Under the pieces are notes generated by a model. It did no database searches and was not told where the DNA came from. It saw only the letters and a list, made by a program, of their open reading frames with translations. Made by a program: the position numbers and the translations under genes. A stretch of 63,317 nucleotides of DNA, the filler included, from Rhabdomonas costata (Eukaryota): the NCBI GenBank assembly GCA_019059605.1. It is 17 parts of 17 records of this genome, joined end to end, with 100 filler letters (N's around TTAATTAATTAA, not from the genome) between each part and the next. Parts side by side here need not be neighbours in the genome. Positions count along the whole stretch, not along the records: positions 1 to 3,627 come from JAHMHO010000650.1; positions 3,728 to 7,361 come from JAHMHO010000651.1; positions 7,462 to 11,102 come from JAHMHO010000652.1; positions 11,203 to 14,838 come from JAHMHO010000653.1; 13 more parts are not named here. The stretch is one strand, 5' to 3'. This document shows positions 1 to 11,403 of this stretch, one piece after another. How positions within the stretch are numbered: position 1 is the stretch's first letter; every line of letters starts with the position of its first letter.

Positions 1-122
1 GTGTGGGTGTGTTTGGGTGGTGGTGGTAGAAGATGTCTTAGGGGGTTAGGGGGGATGCATGTGTGAGAGACTTTTTCTGTTTCGTCCTGGATGATGTCAT
101 GCGGGTTCATGCAACGAACCAG

Positions 123-2861
123 GCCTCGCTGGAAGAGCTGGCTGGCCAGTTGGCTGCCTCCGACCAGGCGCGGCAACGTCTGGAGGCCCGGATGCTGCTC
201 CGATGTGGGGAGGCTGCCGTGGGGGTGGAGCGGTGGGCGGAACAGAGGCTGCTCTTGCAGAGGCAGGGCCAGACCCCGCCGACCCCTTCAGCCGCAGCCG
301 TGTCCCACCCGGGAAGGGAGCGCAGGTAGGATCCCTCTGTTCCGCAAATCAGCGTTAACACGTGTGGCTATCCAAAGGCACGGGGGCATGGCTCTTATGT
401 GTCGCTTTGCCGCAGCTTTTGGTCACGAAAGGTCGGGCTCGAGCTTATGTTCAGCCCCGTCTTTACTTGGTCGATTTGTGGGTTTTTGTTTCTGTGCACG
501 GCAGGGTGGCCATGGACACGTAACCATAGGACAAATCATAGACCAAGGTGGGGGGTTGTGGGTTTCCTGTTTCTGCCGCAGTGCTTTGGAAGCAGCGGTC
601 TCTCGAGATCAGTCCTCCGACAAGGTATGTGCATTGCTTTGCTGTTTTTTGACCACTTTTGCTTTTTGTGCTTTCACCCAAAACAGCCGTGATTTTATAA
701 GCAAAGACGCGCACTCACCATTTCGAGCCACTATTGTCTGCGAAGCCTTCACGGTCTATTTGTGCTCCAGTACTGTGTCGAGACCTCCACTTGGTGAGTT
801 CTTCCAAGCGACCTTTTGCTTCCACCCGAACAGGTCGACATACTTGCAGCCCAGCGGCTGCTCAGGACGAGCTACCTGGACCTGGCCGTTTCCAGCACGG
901 CCAGCGACAACGTCGCACTGGTTCCTCCCTCACTCCTTTTTTCTTGTGAACGTGTCCTTTGAAGCGAAATGACTTACCTTTCATTTAACCTCTTTGGCCT
1001 TATATCTAACCTCATCATCTGAAGCATATAAAGTATAACGAATATATCCCGTGTATTTTTCCATCACTTGTGTAACTCAGAAAATGGGAATTATAATTAG
1101 TAGGAAGCATGGTCTTCACCCGAAAGAATTCCGCGTGGATGTAGGGCGTATTAGTGCGCAGCGGATTGGTTGCGTTGGGGTCCTTTCCCTCCTTTTCCGT
1201 TGGGGGTGTCTGGGTTCAAGGAACGCCAGCGAGTCTTCAGAAATATAGCTCTGGTGGAAAGAAGCCACATCGAATTGTATATTTGTGTGTGTGGGTGCGC
1301 GCGCGCGCGCGTGCGTATGCATCCTTTCACCCACTTTTATGAACGGGCGGAGACGGCGTTGCTCATTTTTCAAGGGGAAGAGGGGGTGGGGTACGGCGCA
1401 GTTTCTCGAGTCGCGGCTCAGCAGACTCAGAGGTCAGTTGCAGCGCCCCGTGCCCGTTCCGGCCAAAGAGCGACTCAGCCACGTTTACGCCGCGCTGTAC
1501 CAAAACCGCGGACTGGGCATGTGTCATCCCCCCCTCCATCCTCTGCTTGTATCCACTGCCGGGGGATTTGCATGCGGTCTCACCCAGCTGCTGTTGTATT
1601 TGTGGTGTTTTGGAATGGTTCCCTTCGTTCTCTGGAAGTGGATGGGAAACGGCTCGTTGCGATTTGCTGTTACCTTCACTCGCGTCACCCGAGTGTACCC
1701 GATCACCTGCAACTACATCACTGCTGATTACCAACAACCAGCACTGCAATCTCTGCATGTGACGTTTGCTTCTGAAGGCGTTTCAACCAGATAAGTGAAG
1801 AAGTGTGCAAGCTGTAGCGAATAAGTGAACCCGTGTGTATCTGTCGGAGTCATGCAAGTGACCGGTTGCCCTCGCTTGACGCGTTTCAGACGTCCTGCAT
1901 CCGCATGTCCAACTACTTGTAGGGCTAATAAGATCAAAACAGAGTTTGCCTTGTTCAGACCATCCTTCCTGGAATCTTTGCACGGCGTTCACCTCTCAGT
2001 TTCGCCCACGGATGTCCTACCGGTTCTCCCTTTCATTAAGAGGGTTTGAGTGCCTTGGAATGACCGTGTGCGTCTTTTCTTTACATCCCACTGCAGAGAT
2101 GGTGTGGGAGGTACTGCAGCTGGTGTTTGAATCAGAGTACCGTCCCACGGGACGCTCGGCACAATCTGCCGTGCTGGCCGCGGAGGAGAGGTGAGAGTCC
2201 CTGTCTCCACTGCTGTTTGCTTGGGAATGGGCATGGTTGGTTGATTGATGATGTTCGATCACCTTGTATCCCGTCAGATCGATTTCGGTCAAGTTGGATG
2301 ATTACTTTGATCACAAAAATGACCTGAACCCATCAGGGCTGAGTTTGAGCTGGCACCTTGCGTCTTCTCTCACGCCATTGCCAAACAGGGACGCAGACTC
2401 TTCACGTCTACGTCTCTGCAGTACGGTCTTGAACATTGAAAATTTGGCGTATATGCTTTGGAGGGGAAACCATATTGTGTATCTGCTCCACTCACTTTAT
2501 CTTCCATGTTCAGCAAAGACCTCATAGCAGAAACCCTGCTAAGATTCTTTGCATGACCGTCCTATGCTTGCTTGTTTCCGGTGTGATTATGTGACCCCCA
2601 GAAGGGAAGACGGGAATTGCGGATGCATGCGAGTGTGAGTGTATAAGGTGGCGCGGTCCATTAGTACGAAAGTTGGGGGAAACTGGTGTCGTGTCGAAAT
2701 GCAAGCTGCGAAAGAGGCTCGTCGTTCATGGAATTTCGGTCGAGTGAGTTGCTGAGTTGGTGTGGTGTGAAGGGAGAGGCGATGACTTTGACCGCTGCCA
2801 TTTGCGGGCTGTGGGGGTTTGCAGGTTTCGCAGCGATTTCAACACCACCGTTGCTCCTGCG
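123..2861 (+). CDS. Internal exons of an uncharacterised helical/coiled-coil protein (123-325, 582-624, 834-920, 1402-1516, 2097-2190, 2825-2861)
   Basis: Phase-compatible exons read ASLEELAGQLAASDQARQRLE...SALEAAVSRDQSSDK|VDILAAQRLLRTSYLDL...|FLESRLSRLRGQLQ...RGL|EMVWEVLQLVFESE. One junction needs a GC donor (1517). Confidence 0.6.
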
Positions 2862-3627
2862 GTGAATTCCACACCGGTGTGAACGGTTTTTTGACTGGTT
2901 TCTTGAGTTCCTCTGGGGAACAGTGGGGTGGATCACACAATTCGCTGCTGTCCACCACATCACAAAATCTCTGTGGGTTCCAATTTCGACCATTCTCATA
3001 TCCTTCATAGCGTCTCGCTGCATCAAGGTTGTGGATCTTCCCGCTCAGAAGGCGATCATGCTATCCGGGCAGCGGTTGACCTGTTCTCTTTCATGCCTGG
3101 ACTTGCTTACAGATCCTTCTATATACCTATGCCACCACAAGATAGTTGGCATTGTCACACAAACCCATGCAATCTAAATACCTCCCTTTCCCTGCCTTCT
3201 GCTCATTGTATTCCCCACGCAACTGTACGCTTGTGCTTTGCGCGATTGTTGCTGCCGTGTACATCCGGTGTGCATGAAACCCTCAGCTTTGTGCCGCTGC
3301 TACATTTGCACTCGGTTTGTGCGGGCATGCCGTGGATGTTGTTCTGCAACCCATGCAATTCCACGGAGATTTTTTTGCAAGGGTACTCCCTCCCTCTCTC
3401 TGCGGTGTCCGCAGATGCTTCTGCGGGGCGCACAACCTGCGCGTTCCCTGCGTGACGCTTACCAGTGCGAGTGCGCCCGGCTGCAATGCAAGCCCAGCAG
3501 CGCCGTGGTGGCCGTGGTGTGATTTCTCCGCTTTGTGTCAGAGCTGGGATGTTATCAGCAGTGCATTCACCGTCGCAAAAAAGGACACAATGCTCGATCG
3601 CTGTGCGAGTCGTTTCAACCCACCACC

Positions 3628-3727
3628 NNNNNNNNNNNNNNNNNNNNNNNNNNNNNNNNNNNNNNNNNNNNTTAATTAATTAANNNNNNNNNNNNNNNNN
3701 NNNNNNNNNNNNNNNNNNNNNNNNNNN
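3628..3727. other. Artificial contig spacer (44N-TTAATTAATTAA-44N). Identical 100-nt spacers start at 7362, 11103, 14839, 18591, 22323, 26054, 29785, 33505, 37225, 40945, 44675, 48394, 52112, 55884 and 59600
   Basis: Same linker with stops in all six frames, 16 times, separating contigs of near-equal length (about 3.6 kb). Confidence 0.99.
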
Positions 3728-3976
3728 GTTTTGTGTTCTAATATTTGCTTCGATTCTTCATCGTTTTTATCTAACTTATCAGTGGTTTCACTATAGATTT
3801 TTGAACTCGCTGCCACACACCGTTTGGTTCTGGGGCTGTACTCTGTTTCGAATTTTGCGGCTTGGCTTTGTACCCGGTTTTGTAGCCAGCCAAAGGAGTC
3901 GTTCCAGTTTCCCATATCTCCCTTTCGCACCACTTGTTTTACTCCCTTTCCCCCCCCCCTTCTCTTCTTCCTCTTT

Positions 3977-4090
3977 CCCCATGGCGGTGGTGCCCGCAGA
4001 GGTCGTCGGGTAGTCCATTGTGGGGCCGAAGCCGTACAGGTCATCGTCCCGCGAGTCATCTCGCGGGTTCAAGCCCATGATGGCATTCAT
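3977..4090 (-). CDS. First coding segment of a gene truncated by a chimeric junction; resembles the IFT88 N-terminus
   Basis: MNAIMGLNPRDDSRDDDLYGFGPTMDYPTTSAGTTAMG follows a pyrimidine tract and AG. DDLYxG..TAM recalls IFT88 N-termini, but the segment is too short to be sure. Confidence 0.3.
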
Positions 4091-5102
4091 CTCCGGTAAA
4101 TGAGAGAGAAAGAAGACGCGAAAGACAGAGGAAAGAGGAAGAAGAGAAGGGGGGGGGGAACAAACACAGACACAGTGGACAAGGAAGTAGATCTCTACCC
4201 TTCTTGAGGTCGCTCGCACACAAAGGAGTGAATTAGAGAGGGAGACAATGAAAGTGCACAAACAACAGCCCTGTGTAGCACACGTTGACGATCACGGGTA
4301 GGAGGCATCAGCACATCTCGCAAACTTACCATTCTTGACTCGCCCGTTCCGATTAGCTGATAGGAGGGTTAGGGTTGGAAAAGCCTTCGAGCAGTAGAGT
4401 AGTTTCCAGTGCCTGCACCAGCGGTTGGGTTCGATGTAATTGGAAAGCGCACACAATAGAGTATTTTTTGGGGCTATAATGATACGTTTGATGCTAAAGC
4501 GGAGTGTCTTGTCCCTGAATAAGACCACCTAATCCAAAACAGCACCATGACAATTCCAGCACGTAAACCCGAACCAATTAAAATTTAATGCCTTTTTGTA
4601 TCGCTAAAAGGTCGGAAACGCTCTCTCGTTGGACAAACATGCCAAACACGAAAAGAAAATTCTCATAATAACGAAAGTTCTCCAACAACGAAGGGGTCAG
4701 TTGGAGAGCGACGGTTTCTCCTCCTGCATTTCTGTGAAGCGGCGTCGGAGCTGGGAAGGAATGCAGAAGGGCAGGGACGGAGACTGGTTAAGGAAGTGCA
4801 TGACAACGAAAAATAAAAAGCCTTTTGAATAGCAGATAGCGCGGCGAAATGTACACCAACGGCCAATTCACGCCAGAAATTCATAACCAGAACACTGAAG
4901 TTTGCAAAAGAAAAAGTTCACGTGCAAAAGTGAAAAGCGGAAGGAGGGAGTAAAAGGGAGTAAAACAAGTGGTGCGAAAGGGAGATATGGGAAACTGGAA
5001 CGACTCCTTTGGCTGGCTACAAAACCGGGTACAAAGCCAAGCCGCAAAATTCTATAATAGGCTGTACTTCGGAAAGCAAGCGCGCGCGCTCACACGCACG
5101 CA

Positions 5103-5133
<31 letters not shown>

Positions 5134-5479
5134 TATTTGCACAAGGCAGGAGTTCGTTCCGAGTTCTCCCCCAGGCGGGTTTTTGATCGATTCTCCCGAC
5201 TCCACGGCCGTTGCTTGGGGGACGGGGGGCATGACCACCCCTTCACCACCCCTTCCTCCTTGCTGGGCAGAGGTCCTTGGGAAACTTAATTGGCGCATTA
5301 GAGTCGAGGTATTAGAACCACACACACACACATGATGAAATCGGGTGATAGTCTGCACAAACTCCTGGGCCTCCCTCACTTTGCCGCCAAGGCCACCAAC
5401 ACCGGCAACCTGAGCGTGGCCGTAGGCATGGCGCACGTAGGTGATTGCACTGTCCCTGGGGAACCAAAAAGGACCAGGA

Positions 5480-6290
5480 GGGGGCTTAACCCATTGTGAG
5501 AACAGTGCAGTGTCTTGAGCGAATTGGATCGAATGCGATTGACTGCTCGCTAGCTGCAAGTTTTTGGAACTGACGATCACAACAGCCACGCACAGGGCTG
5601 TACGATTGTGGCAAGTTGGTTTGGAATAATGAGACCTTGGACCCGGTTTGATCCACTTCCCATTTCCAACTTGGAAAAGGTGCAAATTATTGTCAAGCAT
5701 GTTCACTCTGGAGGCTTTATAGGTACAGTTCACTACCTTGGTGATCGGTGAGGCATGCTACATGATAGAAATACGGTATATATACATGACATACATGATA
5801 TGCATATAGTAGGCCTCACTGAGGCTTTTGTTAGAGCAGTTAGAGCACACGTTCCGGAGCGGTATAAAATCAGGGCAGCCAGTGTGTCGCCTGATCCTGG
5901 GGTTGACGGTGCTGGCACCCAAACACACCCCCAGTGATCTTCAAAAAAGAAGTTCATTACGCCCACTGTTCTTTCCAATCCATCCTTTAATTTTTTTTAA
6001 ACACTTTTCTCCATTCTTTTCGCTCTCCCTACAGTTGTTGGGTCCCCTCGTCAAACCATCCGGCTGCTGCGGGTAAAAGCAGCGGAAGACTGTGCAACAT
6101 CAACTGGGAAACCTGAACAGGTGCGTGGACAACAGTATTCACAAAAATCAACACCCCAAACATCCAGGCGAACAAGTTGAGCCGGTCCACTACAGCAACA
6201 AGGCCAGCACGCCAGCCACAACCGCATGCTGACAAGCAGCATACCACCCTTCGGTAAGTTTCCGCTTCTGCGCCTCGGCGGCAGAGAAGA
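5480..6290 (-). mobile_element. Degenerate KDZ/CxC-type (HMGXB3-like) transposase relic
   Basis: Motifs in order across frameshifts: KLTEGWYAACQHAVVAG; GPAQLVRL; VDVAQSSAAF..GWF; HYSKPTC/SYSP; AASEQ. Confidence 0.35.
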
Positions 6291-7461
6291 ACTTCTCCAT
6301 TGCCTCGTCAACAGATGGGAGCAGTGCACCGGTTAAAGTTGCAGTTGGGTAGCGGGTGAGAGACATCCGCGGTAGCTGTGCAAAAGTTGGCCATATGACG
6401 CAGCATGACAACGAAATCTGCACACTCGCACGATCAAAATTCTTGAGCCCATCACAGAAAGACATAAGATCAGCTCCACCAAAACTGAGAGATTAGTGGA
6501 GAACATTCCAGACAGTCTTTTAACCCTGTTTTTATGCCGCTGAAAAATGTAGTTTACCCGGTACGTGGAGACGAGCGCAGCCCATGGATGAGGTTTTGGC
6601 CTGGGGAGGCGAAATCCGGTAGGGAAACGAGCTTTGCGCGTCGAAGGCGCGGGGGTTTTTTGGAGTAAATCTTCTGCTCTTTCAGACTTTTAGGTGCACA
6701 GTGCAAAGGCGAAGTTTCGGCCCAAAGAACAGTCTTTTTGAACACAGGCGTGACATAGGCGTTTTTCCGGGGCACGGCGTGCACCTTCAACGCCAAACAT
6801 CAGGCGACACACTGACTGCCCTTATTTAGTACCTCTCAGCCCTAAACCCAGTGCTCGAACTGCTCCGACAAACGTTAGTTTACGGTGGGGTCTACTATAG
6901 TAAAAAGAGCCGAGCTCTCTGTGTGTATGCACACCAGCATTTAGCTACTTTTCTCAACAAGAAACACCGTGCATCCTCGCGAGGAGATCGACCCCGAAAA
7001 GGGTGCGATGCACCTTTCTGATATTTAAAGCCGTTTGACGTCTCTGGATTTTGCGTCGTGAGAAGTCATAGAAATGGCAGATGCAGGCATTTGTACTTTG
7101 GTCCAATTTGCGAGATAACATTAACAAATTGGCAAATTGGCTTTTATGACGCTTTTCGTATTGAGACCCGCGCTCATAAATCTGGTGCATTCAGTGAAAG
7201 AATGGCAAAAGCCATGAGACCGGAATTGCAAGGAAAAGGCACACAAAACCTTCGGCGTACGCATCAGCTCAGCGGCAGCTCTTTTCATTGTCGCGGGGGT
7301 TACGGAAGAAGTCTTTGAAGGCACCTGCCCACCACAATTTTTTTTTGGATAACACCCACACNNNNNNNNNNNNNNNNNNNNNNNNNNNNNNNNNNNNNNN
7401 NNNNNTTAATTAATTAANNNNNNNNNNNNNNNNNNNNNNNNNNNNNNNNNNNNNNNNNNNN

Positions 7462-9832
7462 CACTTCGGGGGAAGAGCGCGGGGGGAGTTCCCCGGGCGG
7501 TGGTCCCACACAACCGCCGCCATCGCGCTGTACACCTCCGGGTTAAGGTACCGAAAGGGCTCGAACTCGAAGAAGCTCGAGGGCTGCAGCAGGCACGCGT
7601 AGCGGCCCAGGGAGGGCGGAAGGTTGCGGCTGGCCCTCAGCTGGGCTCCAACCCAGCCCTCCGCCTCGAACCGTGAGGTTGGCCGCAGGATGGCGCTGGG
7701 GTCTAGGGCACTTAAGTACGAGGCGCGGGCCCACCACACATTGCCCGCATAGAAGTAGTCGGCCGTCGTGGTGTTGTGTATGGGACGAGAGAGATATGCT
7801 CCGTAGGTCTGGTAGTGCTTCAGGAGGATGACCGCCCAGCGGTACATCCACACATTCATCCACACCATGGTGTCGCGCCAGTTCTCCCGTCCAGTTTCGT
7901 TATTCACACCTCCTGAGAAGGCGAGAAGAGTGTTTTTGTTCCATCACTGTTGCTAATCGAACAGCAGAACAGTTCTTCCCTGCCTTGGAGCGCACAGTGA
8001 AATTGTGTTTGTTTGTGCCTGTGGGTTGGTGGGTGGATCGGGTGCCCGTGACCAGTGGTACTGGTGGAAAGCAAAAACACGTGACAACAAACAAAACAAC
8101 TGAGTAACGCTGGACGGCAATCGACTCAGACAGCCAAGAAACACCTCCGGGGCGGATGACGTCCGGGACACCTGTTTGTCTCTCCCAACCAAATTCGTCA
8201 TGAATACCGAGGGATACCTTAGTTAAAGTTTGTCTTCAAACCACACACTATAATGATAATATAGCGTCTGCTATATACAGTAAAAAAGGCGTATAATGGT
8301 ATTACACGCGATATCATACTAGTATAATATTGCCTACAATACTCCATTACAGCTATTATACACATTAAATTGCCCCTTTCACCCCAAAACTTAAAGGCGG
8401 AAAAAAGTTTCCCCAAAAGGAGACATTTCGGACTTACAGAGGTTTGGAGGGGGGAAATTTTTCGATTTTCACCCATATTGTCTCAATGAAATGCGCCCTG
8501 AAGTGTACCCTGATGAATTTGGGTGGATGAGTTGGGTGCTGTTGTTGAACCAGAAAAACACCCCTGCTTCCAAGAATTGCTCACACTTTTCCTGACAGTG
8601 GTTGCATTGAGGCAACTGAAGGAAACTATTCATTTTGATGTGCATTTTTCCTCGGAGTTCTGACAGTTTGGTGTTTGTGTGGAAAACTCTCACTTTGGAG
8701 ATAAAACGGGCCATACATCCGGGTTAAGAGGTGATGTACGTGTCCCCTGGGATTCTAAAAAATACTTTTGCAGGGGGTTTGGAGGCTATGCACATGTCCA
8801 CTGAAATTCCAACAGATATTTTGCAGGAACAACACACAAAAACAGAAAGATAAGACAGATAAGAAAAGGGTACTCGCAAAAAGACACTTCCTTGTTGTGC
8901 AGACAGAGGTGTATTTTAAGAACATGTGACCAACAGGCCCCGACAAAAACGAAAAGACAATAGTAAGTGGTCAAAAAGGGAAACCCTAACAAAAATTTCA
9001 CCGGCAAACGGCAAACGCAAAGCGAAGTGAAGATGACCATGGAGGCCAGAGTAAGAAAGCAACAGAGCGAGAATCAGCAAAAAAGGGGGGGACTGACACA
9101 AAAACAGACCCTTGTTGTGCAGATAGAGAATCAAGTCCTCGGAATGCTGCTGGGCGTACTCCCGAACTGCCCGAAGCGTCGGATACTCAAATGTCTTCAA
9201 GGAGCCCCGGAAAACAACCGTGCAGCCCTCAGGAAGCCTCGGAANTGCAGATAGAGAATCAAGTCCTCGGAATGCTGCTGGGCGTACTCCCGAACTGCCC
9301 GAAGCGTCGGATACTCAAATGTCTTCAAGGAGCCCCGGAAAACAACCGTGCAGCCCTCAGGAAGCCTCGGAAGAAACCTCTCGTCCCCCACAACCCCAAC
9401 GTACAGCGCTGCCCGCCGAAGCAGCCCGCTGAACTCCAGTGCCAACAGCACGCGCTCCGCACTCCTCTGGCTCTGCGGGCCCTGCAGCCCAAGGTGCAGG
9501 AACACCGCCAGACCCCGCGGCGGCGTCCCCAGCGCCTCCCGAAACAGCGGCTCCCACGGGTTGCCCTCCTCGGCGCTCGAACCCCCAAAGGCATCCCACT
9601 GCGTCCGGTTGAAGAACGTCAGGTCCAGCTCCCAAAGGATCCTCTGCATCACCGCAGGGTGGTGCACCTTCTCGGCAAGATTCATGAAGCATTCCGAGGT
9701 GCGGCAAATCGTTGGCTGGGGTGATCCCATCTCGTGGATCGAGGAGGAGGGCAGCGGGAGCGTCACCATCAGACCCACCGTGAACCACACCGCAGCAAGG
9801 AAGCCCAAAAGCAGCTGCCAGCTCAGTGACAT
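7462..9832 (-). CDS. Membrane-anchored putative glycosyltransferase-like protein (YLHNKG...WR..M...GNxWW family); exons 9832-9110 and 7912-<7462; 3' partial
   Basis: N-terminal hydrophobic anchor, then FEYPTL..ILYLHNK|GGVNNETGRENWRDTM..YAGNVWWARASYL..RFEAEGWVG across a phase-1 GT-AG intron. An artefactual ~127-bp duplication surrounds the single N near 9245. Confidence 0.75.
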
Positions 9833-11403
9833 CGGAGCGGGGGAAAAGAAAAAAAAGCTTATACAGTAGAAGTGGAGTGGCGTGAATCTCTTCGCGTGCT
9901 CTCATTGGCAGGATCAGTCCCCCGAGGCGAAACACGGTGCTTACCGTGGTGATGGACGCAGGGGTCCCGCACCGGTCGGTAGGAGAATCGTTCACATTGT
10001 GTTTTCCCTTCATTGTAGCGAGAGCTGCAGAATTTGGGCAGTGCCAGAATAGTGAATCTGCAACACTAAGCGTTTCATCGATCCGAAAAATCTGCACACA
10101 ATTGCATAGGAGGCGAAACACAAGATCCCTCTACTCAACACCCATATGGCAGCGTTCATTTCCCATCCGCTACAAGGAGGGTAAGAAACTTTGCATTCTG
10201 CAGGAAAAAGGAAAACAGCCGAACTCGGATTGATTACAAACATCGGCTGAATTGACGTTGGAAGGGGAAGTGGTAATGGTTACCAGTGGTAACAGAAAAT
10301 TTGGCACACGTGTTATTATTATTAGGTTACGAAGCTGATGCAAGCACCCTCGAAATGACTTCGCCGAGAACCGTCACTCAGTGCAGAAGCTTGCAGTTAA
10401 CCCCGATGGAGTAAAGGAGGACATCGGGGGCTTGAGAGGAGAGGTGGGGAGCGGAGGGAGTCATAAGGTTTGCCAGTGGCAACTAGTGGCAGCAGACCAG
10501 TGTTATGAAAAGTCTGGTAAGGTTAACAAAAACAGGGTTAGGTGAACTGCAACCTGGATGAGTTTATTTTGATGTAATGGGCTTAGGTAAGACTGGGCCT
10601 ACAAAAGTACTGCTAGCCAAGGACCACCTCTTGCTCAGTTTTGGATGAACAGTGGTTCCGCATTAGTTTTGGGCGGATGCCATCCCGCCGCAACGTAGCT
10701 GAACATGTCCTGCGGGGTCAAAAGGGATGCATTATACTCGAATGGTTCATTTAAAAATTGCAGTCACCCACCACCCGGTCCTCAGCAGATCTCCGGAGAC
10801 TGCACAAGCACCGAACGAGAAGAAGTGGTTGCACTGAGACTCTCTTTTAGAAACAAAAGAAAGTCACACCGCAGAACAGCAACAAAAAACGAGCACACAG
10901 GGGCAACTAATTGACAACTTCAGATGACAAAAAGACGGCAAAAAGAGAAAACATCACAGAAGAGCTCAGAAAAAGTATTTTGTATGCACGCAGGGTAAGG
11001 CGTGGGAAGGAAGCATGTTGCGAGGAAAATGGCATCCTGTGATGTGCTTAAAAACTCTAATTGCATTTATTTTAGCAAAATGGAGTTTTTAAACACACCA
11101 CANNNNNNNNNNNNNNNNNNNNNNNNNNNNNNNNNNNNNNNNNNNNTTAATTAATTAANNNNNNNNNNNNNNNNNNNNNNNNNNNNNNNNNNNNNNNNNN
11201 NNGGTTGGTTTTCGGCTCGTACCCTTTTGTGTACGTAGAAACCGGTCGCAATGCTGTTCCCCATTGCGAAGACGTTGCCATCTTTCCTTTTGTGGAGACA
11301 CACATCTGCCAAAATGTCCGTAATTACGAAATTGATGCCTTACCGGAAATAGTTGAAACGTAAAGTTAGGGGCGATGTCCCCGCCGCTGCGGCTGTTTTG
11401 CAG

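Noticed and set aside
91-972. 293-aa ORF and other long ORFs in the track (e.g. 39134-39874, 48939-49712)
   Set aside because: No recognisable motifs; they run through introns or are shadow frames of real exons
3672-3683. TTAATTAATTAA recurring about every 3.7 kb as a regular array
   Set aside because: Artificial six-frame-stop linker inside N spacers
9118-9372. Exact ~127-bp tandem duplication within a CDS
   Set aside because: Copies are separated by a single N, typical of an unmerged scaffold overlap
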